Source of the DNA: a virus
Lineage: Duplodnaviria; Heunggongvirae; Uroviricota; Caudoviricetes
Reading direction: 5' to 3' (one strand)
Virus record (IMG/VR): IMGVR_UViG_3300000292_000047
DNA: 48,335 nt
Both the position numbers and the translations under genes were made by a program. This document shows, piece by piece, positions 16,576 to 26,430 of this stretch. Under the pieces are notes generated by a model, which was not told the origin of the DNA, made no database searches, and saw only the letters and a program-made list of their open reading frames with translations. Numbering within the stretch: the first letter of the stretch is position 1; each line of letters begins with the position of its first letter.

Positions 16576-16602
16576 CGCAAAGTGTCAAAATGACACTTTG
16601 CG
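16576..16602. terminator. Perfect 12-bp-arm palindrome between convergent genes (bidirectional terminator candidate)
   Basis: cgcaaagtgtca-aaa-tgacactttgcg. Confidence 0.55.
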
Positions 16603-16610
16603 CATTGTGT

Positions 16611-16991
16611 TTACTTAACGAGGAATAAAAATGGTTTATCGTTCGGCGGTGTAATCGGGGCTGGCTCGCTTTTGCTCATGCGATCAGTGTACCAGGCCAA
16701 CTCCTTGTCAAAGTAAGCCTGATTAAAATAGGCCATGAATGTGGTTTCAAATCCATAACGACCGCTAATACGCAGCATCTGATTGCCGTTCTCTGTTTCC
16801 AGATATACCTGGGCACGTTCCTGATTCTCCTTCAGCCAGGTTAAAGCCTCATCGCACGAGGACAAACGATACTCATCATCGTAGCCGTCATCGATGCGGC
16901 TTGAAGAAGAACGGCAAATCACGCCAACAGAACCAGCCAGGATAGTTTGAATTTTAAGGAAAGCGTTTTTGCGGATTTTAATCATGCTCAT
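16611..16991 (-). CDS. Hypothetical protein driven by leader copy C
   Basis: 126 aa; ATG 16989-16991 directly after leader. Confidence 0.55.
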   Translation of the reverse strand: MSMIKIRKNAFLKIQTILAGSVGVICRSSSSRIDDGYDDEYRLSSCDEALTWLKENQERAQVYLETENGNQMLRISGRYGFETTFMAYFNQAYFDKELAWYTDRMSKSEPAPITPPNDKPFLFLVK

Positions 16992-16998
16992 CGGGTTA

Positions 16999-17108
16999 TC
17001 TCCGGTTTAACCAGGGCGAGTATCGCTCGGTTTCGGGCATAACCTTAGGAAATTTTTTCCCACCTGTAAAGCACTTTTTATATAAATCTATAATTATATA
17101 ATTCTATG
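16999..17108. repeat. Copy C of ~105-bp promoter/5'-leader repeat
   Basis: 3 substitutions relative to copy A; SD-proximal end diverged. Confidence 0.85.
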
Positions 17109-17112
17109 ATCA

Positions 17113-17140
17113 CAAAAAAGCCCCTTTGCAACAGGGGCTT
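17113..17140 (-). terminator. Intrinsic terminator of higBA operon
   Basis: Minus strand: aagcccct-gttgcaaa-ggggctt + T6. Confidence 0.65.
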
Positions 17141-17154
17141 ATCATTCGTTCTGA

Positions 17155-17454
17155 TCAGATGTTAAACGCTATTCGTTTTCCTGTGGGAAGCTCAACATCC
17201 AGGCTTAATTTGCCTCCCATAGCTTCAACGTAACGCTTTAATGTCGCCAGCTTTAAATCATTTCCGCGCTGCTCCAGCTTTGTTACTGCTGGCTGGCTTA
17301 TACCCATCGCCTCAGCAACCTGTTTTTGTGATAACTGGAGTTCTTCACGCATCATCTGCAAGCCGACCTCAAGAATCATCTCATCTGCCATTTCTTTAAT
17401 TCGCGCCTGGCTTTCAGGTGAACGGCTGGCAATCACCTCATCTAATGTTCTCAT
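17155..17454 (-). CDS. higA: HigA-like antitoxin (XRE HTH)
   Basis: 99 aa; LSQKQVAEAMGISQPAVTKLE HTH; directly downstream of toxin gene. Confidence 0.65.
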   Translation of the reverse strand: MRTLDEVIASRSPESQARIKEMADEMILEVGLQMMREELQLSQKQVAEAMGISQPAVTKLEQRGNDLKLATLKRYVEAMGGKLSLDVELPTGKRIAFNI

Positions 17455-17801
17455 TACTTGCTCTCCAGTGTGTTCAGATGTGCTGCAAACTCATCCTCAG
17501 CTATACGCACCAGTTTTTCATAAAACCGTTTATCGTTACTTTTGTCTCCTGCACAAAGAACGATGGCCCGGCGAATCGGATCGAACGCATAAAAGGCTCT
17601 TATCGGACGGCCAGAAAACTGAACGCGAAGCTCTTTCATATTTTTGTACCGAGAACCTTTTACGGTATCGGCATATGGCCTGGGTAACTCAGGTCCGTAA
17701 ACCTGTAGCTTTTTCAAATCAGCCAAAACCTTTTCCTGAAGAGCGTCTTCTTGCTCATTTAGCCAGTCGTCAAATCGCTGGCTAAAAAGTACCGTCCACA
17801 T
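17454..17801 (-). CDS. higB: HigB / Gp49-family (RelE/ParE superfamily) toxin
   Basis: Track start is TTG; ATG 17799-17801 with AGGA SD; ELRVQFSGRPIRAFYAF...LCAGDKSNDKRFYEKLVRIAEDE pattern. Confidence 0.65.
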   Translation of the reverse strand: MWTVLFSQRFDDWLNEQEDALQEKVLADLKKLQVYGPELPRPYADTVKGSRYKNMKELRVQFSGRPIRAFYAFDPIRRAIVLCAGDKSNDKRFYEKLVRIAEDEFAAHLNTLESK

Positions 17802-17810
17802 GCTCAATCC

Positions 17811-17856
17811 TATAACCTGTAGTTTATATCACTAACTATATAACCTGTGGGTTATA
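17811..17856. promoter_or_regulatory. higBA promoter/operator with palindrome
   Basis: tataacctgt direct repeat and tataacc-tgtg-ggttata inverted repeat. Confidence 0.45.
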
Positions 17857-18045
17857 ATTTCAAGAAAAACGGGGCTATTTAACATAATGGACGTTATCGG
17901 CACCACCGGATCACCGTTCATTGTCGGATCTAAAAAATCCGCTCAAAAGATCATGTTTTCCTGGGCGTTTTCCACCGTTTTTTATGTTGCTTATTTGTTA
18001 ATGAAATCTCGTTTTCAGTTTCGCCTCATTTTCGACGCGAAAGCC

Positions 18046-18309
18046 CTATTTTTGTGACTTTACTCCTGGCATATGGACTTCCCAGCGACGAATCCCCATA
18101 GCTGCGCAAAAATCAGCCACATAATTCAATCCCGCCCATTCGCGGATACCACCACGGGCTTTTTCAATGAAAACGGCAATCCCTTTTTTATTGAGAGCAA
18201 AAAGCCGCCAGCTTTTTGTCACTTCGTCCTGGGTAGCCACAACACAAGTGAAAGCTCCCATGCGATACAGGTCCAAGAACTCTTTGCGTGTTTTGCGTAC
18301 AAGTTCCAT
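18046..18309 (-). CDS. Hypothetical protein (start uncertain)
   Basis: Track start TTG; ATG 18307-18309 has GAGG SD. Confidence 0.35.
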   Translation of the reverse strand: MELVRKTRKEFLDLYRMGAFTCVVATQDEVTKSWRLFALNKKGIAVFIEKARGGIREWAGLNYVADFCAAMGIRRWEVHMPGVKSQK

Positions 18310-18332
18310 AACAAACCTCATTTTTGCATGTT

Positions 18333-18620
18333 TCAAACATCTGTTTTGTTATCAATGAAGATTAACCCTAACCCAGCGAAGTAACACAGCAGCGCCCAGG
18401 CTGCATACGGAATGCTGGATCTGGATGTGGACTCCTTTAACATCTGCCAGTTGCGAACATTGCGACTATCTTTTAAGCCTAGTTTTTTGGCCAACTGCGA
18501 GCCGCTCATTCCGGTCAGGCCAATGACTGCCCGAACTTCTCCACATGTAGGAGATTCCCATTCATCCGCTTTTTTTAAACAAGCCGGATTCAACATTTTT
18601 AAAACAGTATCTTTATCCAT
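18333..18620 (-). CDS. Putative HTH DNA-binding protein
   Basis: ATG 18618-18620 with GGAGA SD; GLTGMSGSQLAKKLGL..RNVRNWQ. Confidence 0.4.
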   Translation of the reverse strand: MDKDTVLKMLNPACLKKADEWESPTCGEVRAVIGLTGMSGSQLAKKLGLKDSRNVRNWQMLKESTSRSSIPYAAWALLCYFAGLGLIFIDNKTDV

Positions 18621-18999
18621 AACCATCTCCATTTATTATATCTACGATGGTAGGAAATCTTTTCCTATGTGGCAATAGAAATTTACTACATTGCGTATAA
18701 GACAAGTTTTCTATGTCTAATAGGAAATGATGTTTCTTACATTTTATCGCGTTCTGATGGCTACTGTGTGCGTATTTATCGACGTTTATTGATAAGGCTC
18801 GCCCCTTCCTCCTGCAAAGCCCGGCCGTAGGCCTTATTTCGGCCTTATATAAATTGATTTTGTATAGTTCGAAACGTGCCGTTTCGAAAAGGATGATCAG
18901 GCTGCTCCATGCCTCCGGCAAGTGCCGGAGGAGGTATATTTGAGCGTAGCGACTCGAACCGGCGCGAGCTTTAGCTCGCTGCAAGGGCGAACATATTCA

Positions 19000-19260
19000 C
19001 AGGCAAAGCCTGCGTAAGTTAAATAAAGAAAGTCTTAATAAAAGAAAGTGATTTTGCATTTATTTGTTTAGTGCATCTATTATAAAAAACCATTTGCATA
19101 TACATATCAGAACTGTGGATAACTTTATTAGCCGATGCCTGTAAAGGCGATATTTTTGCTGTGTTCAGGTTTAGAGAAAATTAATTTAGATTGTTTTTTG
19201 AACAGATATTTTATTGCGACGTAGATAATCCTCCGGTAAAACCGGATTCATCATTCAGGT
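19000..19260. promoter_or_regulatory. Candidate replication origin downstream of repA (AT-rich, DnaA box)
   Basis: Perfect DnaA box TTATCCACA on minus strand at 19114-19122; AT-rich flanks. Confidence 0.5.
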
Positions 19261-19263
19261 GGG

Positions 19264-20112
19264 TTAATGTTGGAGTGATTTCCAGGTCTTTCTTAACCTG
19301 TTATAACGCTGCTCAACGAGGGATCGTAAATATGCAAGGTCAGCACCAGGATACATGCCATCAGCAAATTCCTGACTAACCTCTCTGGTGATTTGATGAC
19401 GAAGTTCGGCCTCTCCCTTTTCCCGAACAAGACGCGCAGCTCTCTCCGCTGCTTTCTGTTTTGCCTTTATCTCTCTGGCCGTCTTCCTCTGACGCCATAC
19501 ATTCTCCATCTGCTCCTGAATAACAATACGCTTATAATCAGCCTCCGTTATCGCTTTTTTAAGCCGTTCGCTATTCTTCGCATTGAAGTAATTAAGTTTC
19601 TGGCTAACCGCACGTCTCCATGCTTGTTCAGTAATACCAACGGTTTCCAGCAGTTGATCACGAATCTCTATTTTCGCTGGCCAATACTGTTTATTCACCC
19701 GATCCCAGCGACGTTCATAATCAATAAAACCTAACGCTTTCAGTTGCGACAACGCCCTTGTACAGCGCGTTATAGACTTGTTCCCAGCTTCGGATACGGT
19801 AGACAGGCCGCAAAAATCAGCCAACGCCTCAGCACTAGCCAGAACCCGCTTAGAAATGATGTTTACATGGTGCAAAATCGCAGCGATCACAGCATTAATC
19901 GCCCGACGACGATGCTCGTTTATCCGGCGCTTCCGCTCTGACGGTTGATTAACGTAGAACGCAACCTCACACGTAAGATCACGCCCATTAATGCGCTGTA
20001 AAGCATCAGATAACACCAGCGGCAGCTTGTGCGTATGGTGCTTTGGAGGCTGGAACTCCGGCGACAAATTACAAACGTAAGCTGAACGTAGAGACGGCAT
20101 TGGTCTATCCAT
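19264..20112 (-). CDS. repA: IncFII-type (RepFIIA-like) replication initiator RepA; in-frame upstream ATG at 20244 possible
   Basis: RRRAINAVI and GLSTVSEAGNKSITRCTRALSQLKALGFIDYE align by eye with R100 RepA1 (RRRAIDALL, GLATESAAGKLSITRATRALTFLSELGLITYQ); ATG 20110-20112. Confidence 0.7.
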   Translation of the reverse strand: MDRPMPSLRSAYVCNLSPEFQPPKHHTHKLPLVLSDALQRINGRDLTCEVAFYVNQPSERKRRINEHRRRAINAVIAAILHHVNIISKRVLASAEALADFCGLSTVSEAGNKSITRCTRALSQLKALGFIDYERRWDRVNKQYWPAKIEIRDQLLETVGITEQAWRRAVSQKLNYFNAKNSERLKKAITEADYKRIVIQEQMENVWRQRKTAREIKAKQKAAERAARLVREKGEAELRHQITREVSQEFADGMYPGADLAYLRSLVEQRYNRLRKTWKSLQH

Positions 20113-20156
20113 ATGTTCGCTCTTGCGTCCACGGAAAACCAACGTATAATGGGAGT

Positions 20157-20237
20157 TGTCGAGGCGCCCATGGATTGTTGTTGTTGGTTTTCCGTGGATG
20201 TCGCAAGAAGCCCGCAGATTTATCTGCGGGCTTTTTG
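20157..20237 (+). ncRNA. CopA-like antisense RNA countertranscript to repA leader
   Basis: TTGCGT-N16-TATAAT at 20123-20150; strong terminator gcccgcaga-ttta-tctgcgggc + T5 at 20210-20236. Confidence 0.55.
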
Positions 20238-20710
20238 TTTCCATATCTGGTCACTTTCCAACCAGACACCCACAATCATAACCACGTTACGTGGTTTTAA
20301 GAGAACTCTACCACAACACTTTCGGTCATGCACGAAGTCTCTCACTGATCGAACGATAATCCACCAGTAAAAGGATCTAAATTGGATCTCGTTTTGCGAG
20401 CATCATACTACTGGCCTAACTCCAGTCAATGATTCCCAGCCAGAAACCTGCGGTAAACTCATCGTTCAGCAATATGCTGTCCGGCTTCAAAGATAAGGTG
20501 ACATCATCCCTTAACAGCGCGGCCAGTTCAGTTAAAGGGCTGTTCTGATTTAATGCTGGCCACTCATACCTGGTAATAAGTGGTCAGTCTTAACACTCAC
20601 CATTTGATTGCACCCGTGTTGACGATTTGTTACTGGATATCAGACACGCTGGATAGCCAGTAGAAACATACCATTAAAATTATTACAATAATTGGTCACA
20701 TGATTATCTT

Positions 20711-21274
20711 ATGCTGAATAATAAAGATATGAATATTAATGAACTTAAAGACTGTATTCACTATGAAGTAATCGGTAGCGAGCGTCCTTTCTCCTGGCGA
20801 AAGGCAATTGTTCGCGCAATAAAACATAGAAGGGTTCGTTATTTATTTTGGTGGCGCATAGCCAAATACCTTTTTGATAAAGGCGGATACTGTCGGAAGA
20901 TTGCGGGAAAAATAGAACGTTTCATTCTTGATAAATATAATGTAACAGTCCCTTTAACTGTAAATATAGGGAAAGGCTTTGATATTTCTTATCTCAACAG
21001 TGTTGTTATCGGTCACAAAGTAACAATCGGTGAAAATTGTTCAATTAAGCCCGGAGTAACTATTGGACTTCGCGGGGAATTTAATGATATGGATATTGTT
21101 ATAGGGCATAATGTGACCATTGGTTGTAATGCCACCATTCTTGGTGGCAAAGTGCGTATAGGAAACAATGTCACAATAGGTGCTCATGCATTGGTATTGC
21201 ATGATATTCCTGATGATTCAACATTCATCACTAAATTTCAGTCTGAAGTTATCTGCTCGTCCTCCCGAACATAA
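20711..21274 (+). CDS. Hexapeptide-repeat (left-handed beta-helix) acetyltransferase, moron
   Basis: 187 aa; repeated [LIV]-G-x-x-x-x hexapeptides; AT-rich relative to neighbours; 3' end overlaps convergent Tfa gene. Confidence 0.7.
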   Translation: MLNNKDMNINELKDCIHYEVIGSERPFSWRKAIVRAIKHRRVRYLFWWRIAKYLFDKGGYCRKIAGKIERFILDKYNVTVPLTVNIGKGFDISYLNSVVIGHKVTIGENCSIKPGVTIGLRGEFNDMDIVIGHNVTIGCNATILGGKVRIGNNVTIGAHALVLHDIPDDSTFITKFQSEVICSSSRT

Positions 21275-21855
21275 CCCTGATTCATCAGCTCTGGCCATAC
21301 GATATCCGGAGCTGTACTGGTGTCAATTCTACTCACTAATACTCTGTATTTTCTCCAGGAATCCAGTTGTGAATTTTCCTCGTTTGTTGCTATTTCAAGA
21401 TTAACTGCATCCTGCAGAATTGCGATGTTATCTGTTGCTTCCTGGATCAACCTTGCCTTTTTCTCTTCCGCTTCCCGTATCCGAAACAGTTTTTCTGCTT
21501 CCTCATCATTCACCCAGGATACGCCGTCCCACTTCTGATACTCCCCTGCTGGCGACAACCAGGTGACATTCTCTGGTAGCGGTCCGAGTTCAGAAATAAA
21601 CAATGCGTCCCCCGACGCCACGTCATAGACCGTTTTACCACGATGGTCTTCAACAATATTCCACGATTCATTTTCACTGTTAAAAACTGCCACAAAGCCA
21701 GCAGGAATTTCCGGTGGGGCGATATCTGTAGAATTAGCTGGCAGCCCTGTATGAGGTGGAATATATGCGTCACCTTCACCAATAAACTCATTAGTTCCGG
21801 CCAGCAGGTTATAAATTTTTACGGTACGTGATTGTTCACTCATTCTGAATGCCAT
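21238..21855 (-). CDS. Tail fibre assembly protein (Tfa)
   Basis: 205 aa; [42 protein letters not shown] typical enterobacterial Tfa N-terminus. Confidence 0.8.
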   Translation of the reverse strand: MAFRMSEQSRTVKIYNLLAGTNEFIGEGDAYIPPHTGLPANSTDIAPPEIPAGFVAVFNSENESWNIVEDHRGKTVYDVASGDALFISELGPLPENVTWLSPAGEYQKWDGVSWVNDEEAEKLFRIREAEEKKARLIQEATDNIAILQDAVNLEIATNEENSQLDSWRKYRVLVSRIDTSTAPDIVWPELMNQGYVREDEQITSD

Positions 21856-24701
21856 TATGCAAGCCTCACAATATAATTAAATGCGATGTTTTTAACGGTG
21901 TTTTCCGCGTTACCAGCAGCGTTAACGGTGATGGTGTGTCCATGTGAACCAATCGCAACAGAGTGCGTATGAGCGCCAATACCAACAGTGTGTGCATGTG
22001 CCCCAGCACTTGTAGCGGTACCTGATACTGAGTGGGTATGTGCGCCAGAAGAAGGCACAGTTCCATTCCCCACCACCGTGCCACTTGATGAACCATCCAG
22101 CCAGTCGAAATTCATACCGCCACTGTTTGGTCTCCTTAATGGAACGGTATGAGTATGTGCGCCAGCACTATTTGCAGTACCAGATACATTATGGGTATGT
22201 GCACCTGTGTTATTCGTTGATTTAGTACCGTAATCAAACGACGATGTGGTTTTCGTACCCAAATCCGTATTGGATGCGCTGGCACTGTGGGTGTGCGATT
22301 TAATGCCATCCTGTTCCTGAGACAATACGGCCCGACCACTGGCGGGTTTGCCCTTGATTGTCCAGCCGCGCATATCTGGAATAACACCAGAAGGATAGGC
22401 AATAGCCAGTTTCGGATATGCTGCCTTATCAAACGTCTGCCCCTGCATGATTGCATAACCTGCAGGTGGCGTATCTGATGGCCACGGCAGCGGAACACCT
22501 GGCGGAAACGCTTCAATATTTGCCGAGCCGTCAAATTTTACGCCGTTAATTGTCCTTGCCGTTTTCAGCTTTGTTGCTGTAGCAGCATTGCCGGATAGTT
22601 CGCCTGAAAGACCACCGCTGAATGTCTGTTTCGCCATCCATGTCTGAGCTTCGTCGATAATTGGCACACGTCTTGTCGTGATCGTGCGGCTTCCCGGATT
22701 TCCTGAAATGCGAACCATAAAAAAGCGGTAGTTGGCTTTACTTACAGTGCTGCGCCATACATGCATTGAGCGTCCCGAACCAGAATCATCACTCGGACCG
22801 ACTGAGATGTTTATCAGGTTGCCATCAATGACGCCCCAGTCCATACCGTCGGGAATATTGGTCATGTTATCAAGCCGAACGGTTATCAGACTGCCCGGCA
22901 CAAAATCGTAGGTCTGCCAGTCCAGGCTGGTGAGCTTTGCCACAGCACCGCCGATACCCAGATTCAGGGGAAGTGAATACGAGGTGTAGACTTCCCGCCA
23001 TTCGCTCCATGAGCTGCCGGTAAAGACGCGCTCAAAGGTGCGGCCTTTAAGGGTTGTACCTGTTCCGGCAGTTGTATAACGCTGCCATACATTAACACCA
23101 TCAAACCGCCTCAACACTTCCAGAATGCCGAGTACAGTCACGCCGTTTCCGTCCAGTACTGGACCGTTGGTCGCTTTACCTGTAACGCTGTAAATACCTG
23201 GTGAGGTTACATCATTCAAATCACCTTCGTAATAACGACTCTCTGACTGATGACCGACTCTTAACCACGGTTCCCACTGCGGATTTGATGCATCCCAGCT
23301 TGCCGCAAGACAGCGGACATACATATTTCCACGGCGAGTGGTATAACGTTGCGTTCTTCCATAATTTCCGCCTTCGAGGATCTCAAGCATCCCCTGAGCA
23401 AAGCCGCCTTCCTCTGGATAATTGCGTTCATATGAAGCTATAGCTGAGCTACTGTTACGCCATAAACCAAGATGCTCGGCGGCTCCAAGCGTATTCAGGT
23501 CTATAGTCGTACTCAAAGGGCGGGTAGCAGATTGAGTGTGACGCCATACGCCCCACGGACCATCAGTGCCATTCCACTTATTGGCGAGTTTACGCATGTA
23601 TACATTGCCGTCTCTCGTGGTAAAGCGTTGCGTACCTGCAAAATTGCCGGCAGCAAAAACCTCAAGCACACCGACAGCATTATCTTCCGGGAAATTTTTC
23701 TCCAGTGTTGCGTTGGTGGATGTTGCTTTAGACCAGATACCTGAATAAGCCTTAACAGGACCAAACGTATTCAGATCAGCATCAAGCGGCATTTCGCCAT
23801 TGTTTTTCATAAACGTCAGGCTGGTAACGCCAACATTGTCCAGAAAAGCTGATTTATCCTGGATATCTGCACCGTTCTGATTTTTCGCCAGACGTGAATT
23901 TGCGTTGTCATTTGCTGCCTTGACCGCTTTTGGCGTTGCCGCCTGCGTTTCAGACGTACTGTTAGTGGCACTACTGAGCTGAACTATCCCTTTTTGTGCC
24001 GTGGTGGCATTCTGGGCGGTATATTTTCCGTCAGCCAGGTCATATGCAGCCTTAACAGCCTTAGGCGTCGCTGCGAGCTTTTCAGACGTGCTATTGGTGG
24101 CATTACTGAGTTGAACAATGCCTTTTGATGTTAAAGTTGCATCAGGATGATTACGTGATTGCTCATGTTTTACAATAGCTTGCTTAAGCCGCTTTGCTGA
24201 AACAGCCAGGGAATCATCTGTACCTGCATCAATTTCTTGTTCATTAGCAAATCTTGCTACTCCAACAACAGTTTCGGTTGCGGGAGGGTTAATAAACTCA
24301 ACATCACCAAATGTAATGTTTTTAGTATCAAGATTTTTAATTGCTATATCACTTGATATTAAAGCAATTGTAGAAGATGCTTTATTTATTATTACTTGTT
24401 CTTGCGAGTATACAGCAAACAATGTTCCTTTATTTGTATACAACCCTATTGTATGGACAACATACTCATCTTTACTATCATCCTTCGCAGTTACATGAAT
24501 GGTATCAGGAGAAACGACTTTGCCTCCTATTGTGGTAAGTCGCTTTATTTCATCTGTTATTTTTGTTTGTGTGGTTGATGTGGCATAATATCTACTACCT
24601 AAACCAACAGAAACGATCTCAACTTTATTTGTTCCAGTCTTGTTGGCATTAACCAGCGCCTTACGCCCGGCGTCAGTCATCGTAAATAATAATTTACTCA
24701 C
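21855..24701 (-). CDS. Tail fibre protein (P2 H-like N-terminal/central region, His-rich C-terminal repeats)
   Basis: 948 aa, GTG start with AAGGA SD; [28 protein letters not shown] repeats like P2 gpH; C-terminal GAHTH(S/N/T)V repeats. Confidence 0.85.
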   Translation of the reverse strand: MSKLLFTMTDAGRKALVNANKTGTNKVEIVSVGLGSRYYATSTTQTKITDEIKRLTTIGGKVVSPDTIHVTAKDDSKDEYVVHTIGLYTNKGTLFAVYSQEQVIINKASSTIALISSDIAIKNLDTKNITFGDVEFINPPATETVVGVARFANEQEIDAGTDDSLAVSAKRLKQAIVKHEQSRNHPDATLTSKGIVQLSNATNSTSEKLAATPKAVKAAYDLADGKYTAQNATTAQKGIVQLSSATNSTSETQAATPKAVKAANDNANSRLAKNQNGADIQDKSAFLDNVGVTSLTFMKNNGEMPLDADLNTFGPVKAYSGIWSKATSTNATLEKNFPEDNAVGVLEVFAAGNFAGTQRFTTRDGNVYMRKLANKWNGTDGPWGVWRHTQSATRPLSTTIDLNTLGAAEHLGLWRNSSSAIASYERNYPEEGGFAQGMLEILEGGNYGRTQRYTTRRGNMYVRCLAASWDASNPQWEPWLRVGHQSESRYYEGDLNDVTSPGIYSVTGKATNGPVLDGNGVTVLGILEVLRRFDGVNVWQRYTTAGTGTTLKGRTFERVFTGSSWSEWREVYTSYSLPLNLGIGGAVAKLTSLDWQTYDFVPGSLITVRLDNMTNIPDGMDWGVIDGNLINISVGPSDDSGSGRSMHVWRSTVSKANYRFFMVRISGNPGSRTITTRRVPIIDEAQTWMAKQTFSGGLSGELSGNAATATKLKTARTINGVKFDGSANIEAFPPGVPLPWPSDTPPAGYAIMQGQTFDKAAYPKLAIAYPSGVIPDMRGWTIKGKPASGRAVLSQEQDGIKSHTHSASASNTDLGTKTTSSFDYGTKSTNNTGAHTHNVSGTANSAGAHTHTVPLRRPNSGGMNFDWLDGSSSGTVVGNGTVPSSGAHTHSVSGTATSAGAHAHTVGIGAHTHSVAIGSHGHTITVNAAGNAENTVKNIAFNYIVRLA

Positions 24702-24731
24702 GCTTAATTCCTTGGATTAACAAATCGCAAA

Positions 24732-25313
24732 TTAGCACTCACCAATTAATCGTACATAAGACACAGGCTGGAAAGCACCGACAATACCAACACCACCTGA
24801 AACATTGGTTGCTTGCGAAAATGTAAATAGTGTTCTTGCCGACTTTGCACTCTTGATACTTCTTAACGTATCCTCCAACATCTCTTTCGAAGGAACAGCA
24901 CCATCAAAAGAGTTAATCGAAGCAACAATTGAGGCTGTATATGGTTCGCCAGGTGGTGATGTTTCAAACCATTCTGTTATGTTTACCTCTCCACCCAAGC
25001 TATTTACTACATCTTCAACCGCTGCCCTTGTACCCTTTATTCGCTTTGTTCGTATTATTGATTTAAAAACAGAACGCTTTAACGATACAGGCCAACTATC
25101 CCTCCATGTATCAGCATTCCATTGCCAAGCTAAATGATCGAGAACAACTGAGTCCAGGTTATCAACAACGCTATATATTTCTGTCTTATATATTAAATTG
25201 TTAATTGCTTGTAGTTCATCATCAATAGCTTTCGACATAGCTATCACGTTGGGATCGCTAGCTAAGTTAGGAGGTAAAACATCCAACAAGCTAACATTAA
25301 AGATATCAGCCAT
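24732..25313 (-). CDS. Tail/baseplate protein, P2 gpI-like
   Basis: 193 aa, position between J-like gene and fibre; RTKRIKGTRAAVEDVV motif. Confidence 0.65.
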   Translation of the reverse strand: MADIFNVSLLDVLPPNLASDPNVIAMSKAIDDELQAINNLIYKTEIYSVVDNLDSVVLDHLAWQWNADTWRDSWPVSLKRSVFKSIIRTKRIKGTRAAVEDVVNSLGGEVNITEWFETSPPGEPYTASIVASINSFDGAVPSKEMLEDTLRSIKSAKSARTLFTFSQATNVSGGVGIVGAFQPVSYVRLIGEC

Positions 25314-26430
25314 CCTCTAACCCCGCATACTGGCAATTTATATTTCTCTCTCTGGCGACCTGTGTCTCTCCAACCACATTAAAAACAGGACTTGATATTT
25401 CTAATCTTTTAGCCCCAGCATTTTTTAAACGTTGAATAATTTCATCTGGATTTATATCTCTTCCCATAACCGAACGTTGCCATTGTTTATACTCATCAAT
25501 AGCTTTCTCAACCTCACTTTGAATTAAAGTTGTTCTGTTTTTGTCCGATGAGTTAATCCAGTATTTAATTATTATATCGTATTCAATGCTCTCTGGTTTC
25601 TTAACAAGAACTTTATCTGTGAATGGTCGAATATTAGTTGCAGAGAGAACGCTATTTATCTGCTCTAATAGTTCATCAGAAGGTATATCTCCGTTCTCTA
25701 ACAAAGAACGGATTTCTACAATTCCGGGCGATGGTGTATATACATTCACATCTTTTATATTCTGATTGGCTGTTCTTGTCCAATATTTATAAGAATCCTC
25801 CGGCCCTGCTGTAGACAGTTTTTCCGGCGACAGTTTTATTCTTTCAGCATAATTATCATCTGACTCCGTATCAGCACCAGAATTAGATGTTGTTACATTC
25901 CTTACGCTGGAAACATACGGCAACGGAGTCACCAACTCATTTATTTGCCCTGGTAAAAAGCCATTCCCAGATAAACCAGGTATAACAGCATATCCTGAGA
26001 CTGTACCAACTGTTTTCCCAGCAGGTATTTCCAACAAAATATCTGTTTGGAAAATAACACCATTTCCAGTTGAAACTTGAGTGCCAGCAGGTATTGTATA
26101 TATCCCCGATAATTTTGTTGACAGATTAAACTCAAATGTAGTCAAGGCAGATTGAGCTTCCAGCCTAGGCGTATCCGTCAGATAGCCTATATGGTCGAGA
26201 TATTCACCTTCACCATATGTAAGAAGGTTTTGTTTTGCAGAAAAATCGATAGCTTTTCTTTGCTGTATAATAATCTCACACAATGATAAGATGAATAATC
26301 TACGTGGATCAGCAGGTGCTAATGTTTCACCTGTTATACTCTCAAAAGCCCTGATTGAACGAGTTGTTATATCAGTCGGGTTAGAATCTGCGAAAGTAAT
26401 ATCTGGCAAACCACCACGCGGCAACGTCAT
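25306..26430 (-). CDS. Baseplate J-like protein
   Basis: 374 aa; size, order W-J-I-H. Confidence 0.7.
   Translation of the reverse strand: MTLPRGGLPDITFADSNPTDITTRSIRAFESITGETLAPADPRRLFILSLCEIIIQQRKAIDFSAKQNLLTYGEGEYLDHIGYLTDTPRLEAQSALTTFEFNLSTKLSGIYTIPAGTQVSTGNGVIFQTDILLEIPAGKTVGTVSGYAVIPGLSGNGFLPGQINELVTPLPYVSSVRNVTTSNSGADTESDDNYAERIKLSPEKLSTAGPEDSYKYWTRTANQNIKDVNVYTPSPGIVEIRSLLENGDIPSDELLEQINSVLSATNIRPFTDKVLVKKPESIEYDIIIKYWINSSDKNRTTLIQSEVEKAIDEYKQWQRSVMGRDINPDEIIQRLKNAGAKRLEISSPVFNVVGETQVARERNINCQYAGLEDG

Noticed and set aside
19393-20370. Plus-strand ORFs antisense to repA (19393-19734, 19744-19941, 20043-20300, 20113-20370)
   Set aside because: Antisense to the RepA gene and leader; the plus-strand signal here is better explained by the short CopA-like RNA.
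21866-24498. Plus- and minus-strand track ORFs (e.g. 21866-22096, 22136-22534, 23201-23443, 23472-23744, 24316-24498) inside the tail-fibre gene
   Set aside because: Embedded in or antisense to a 948-codon gene with strong family support; no SDs; biased compositions typical of shadow ORFs.
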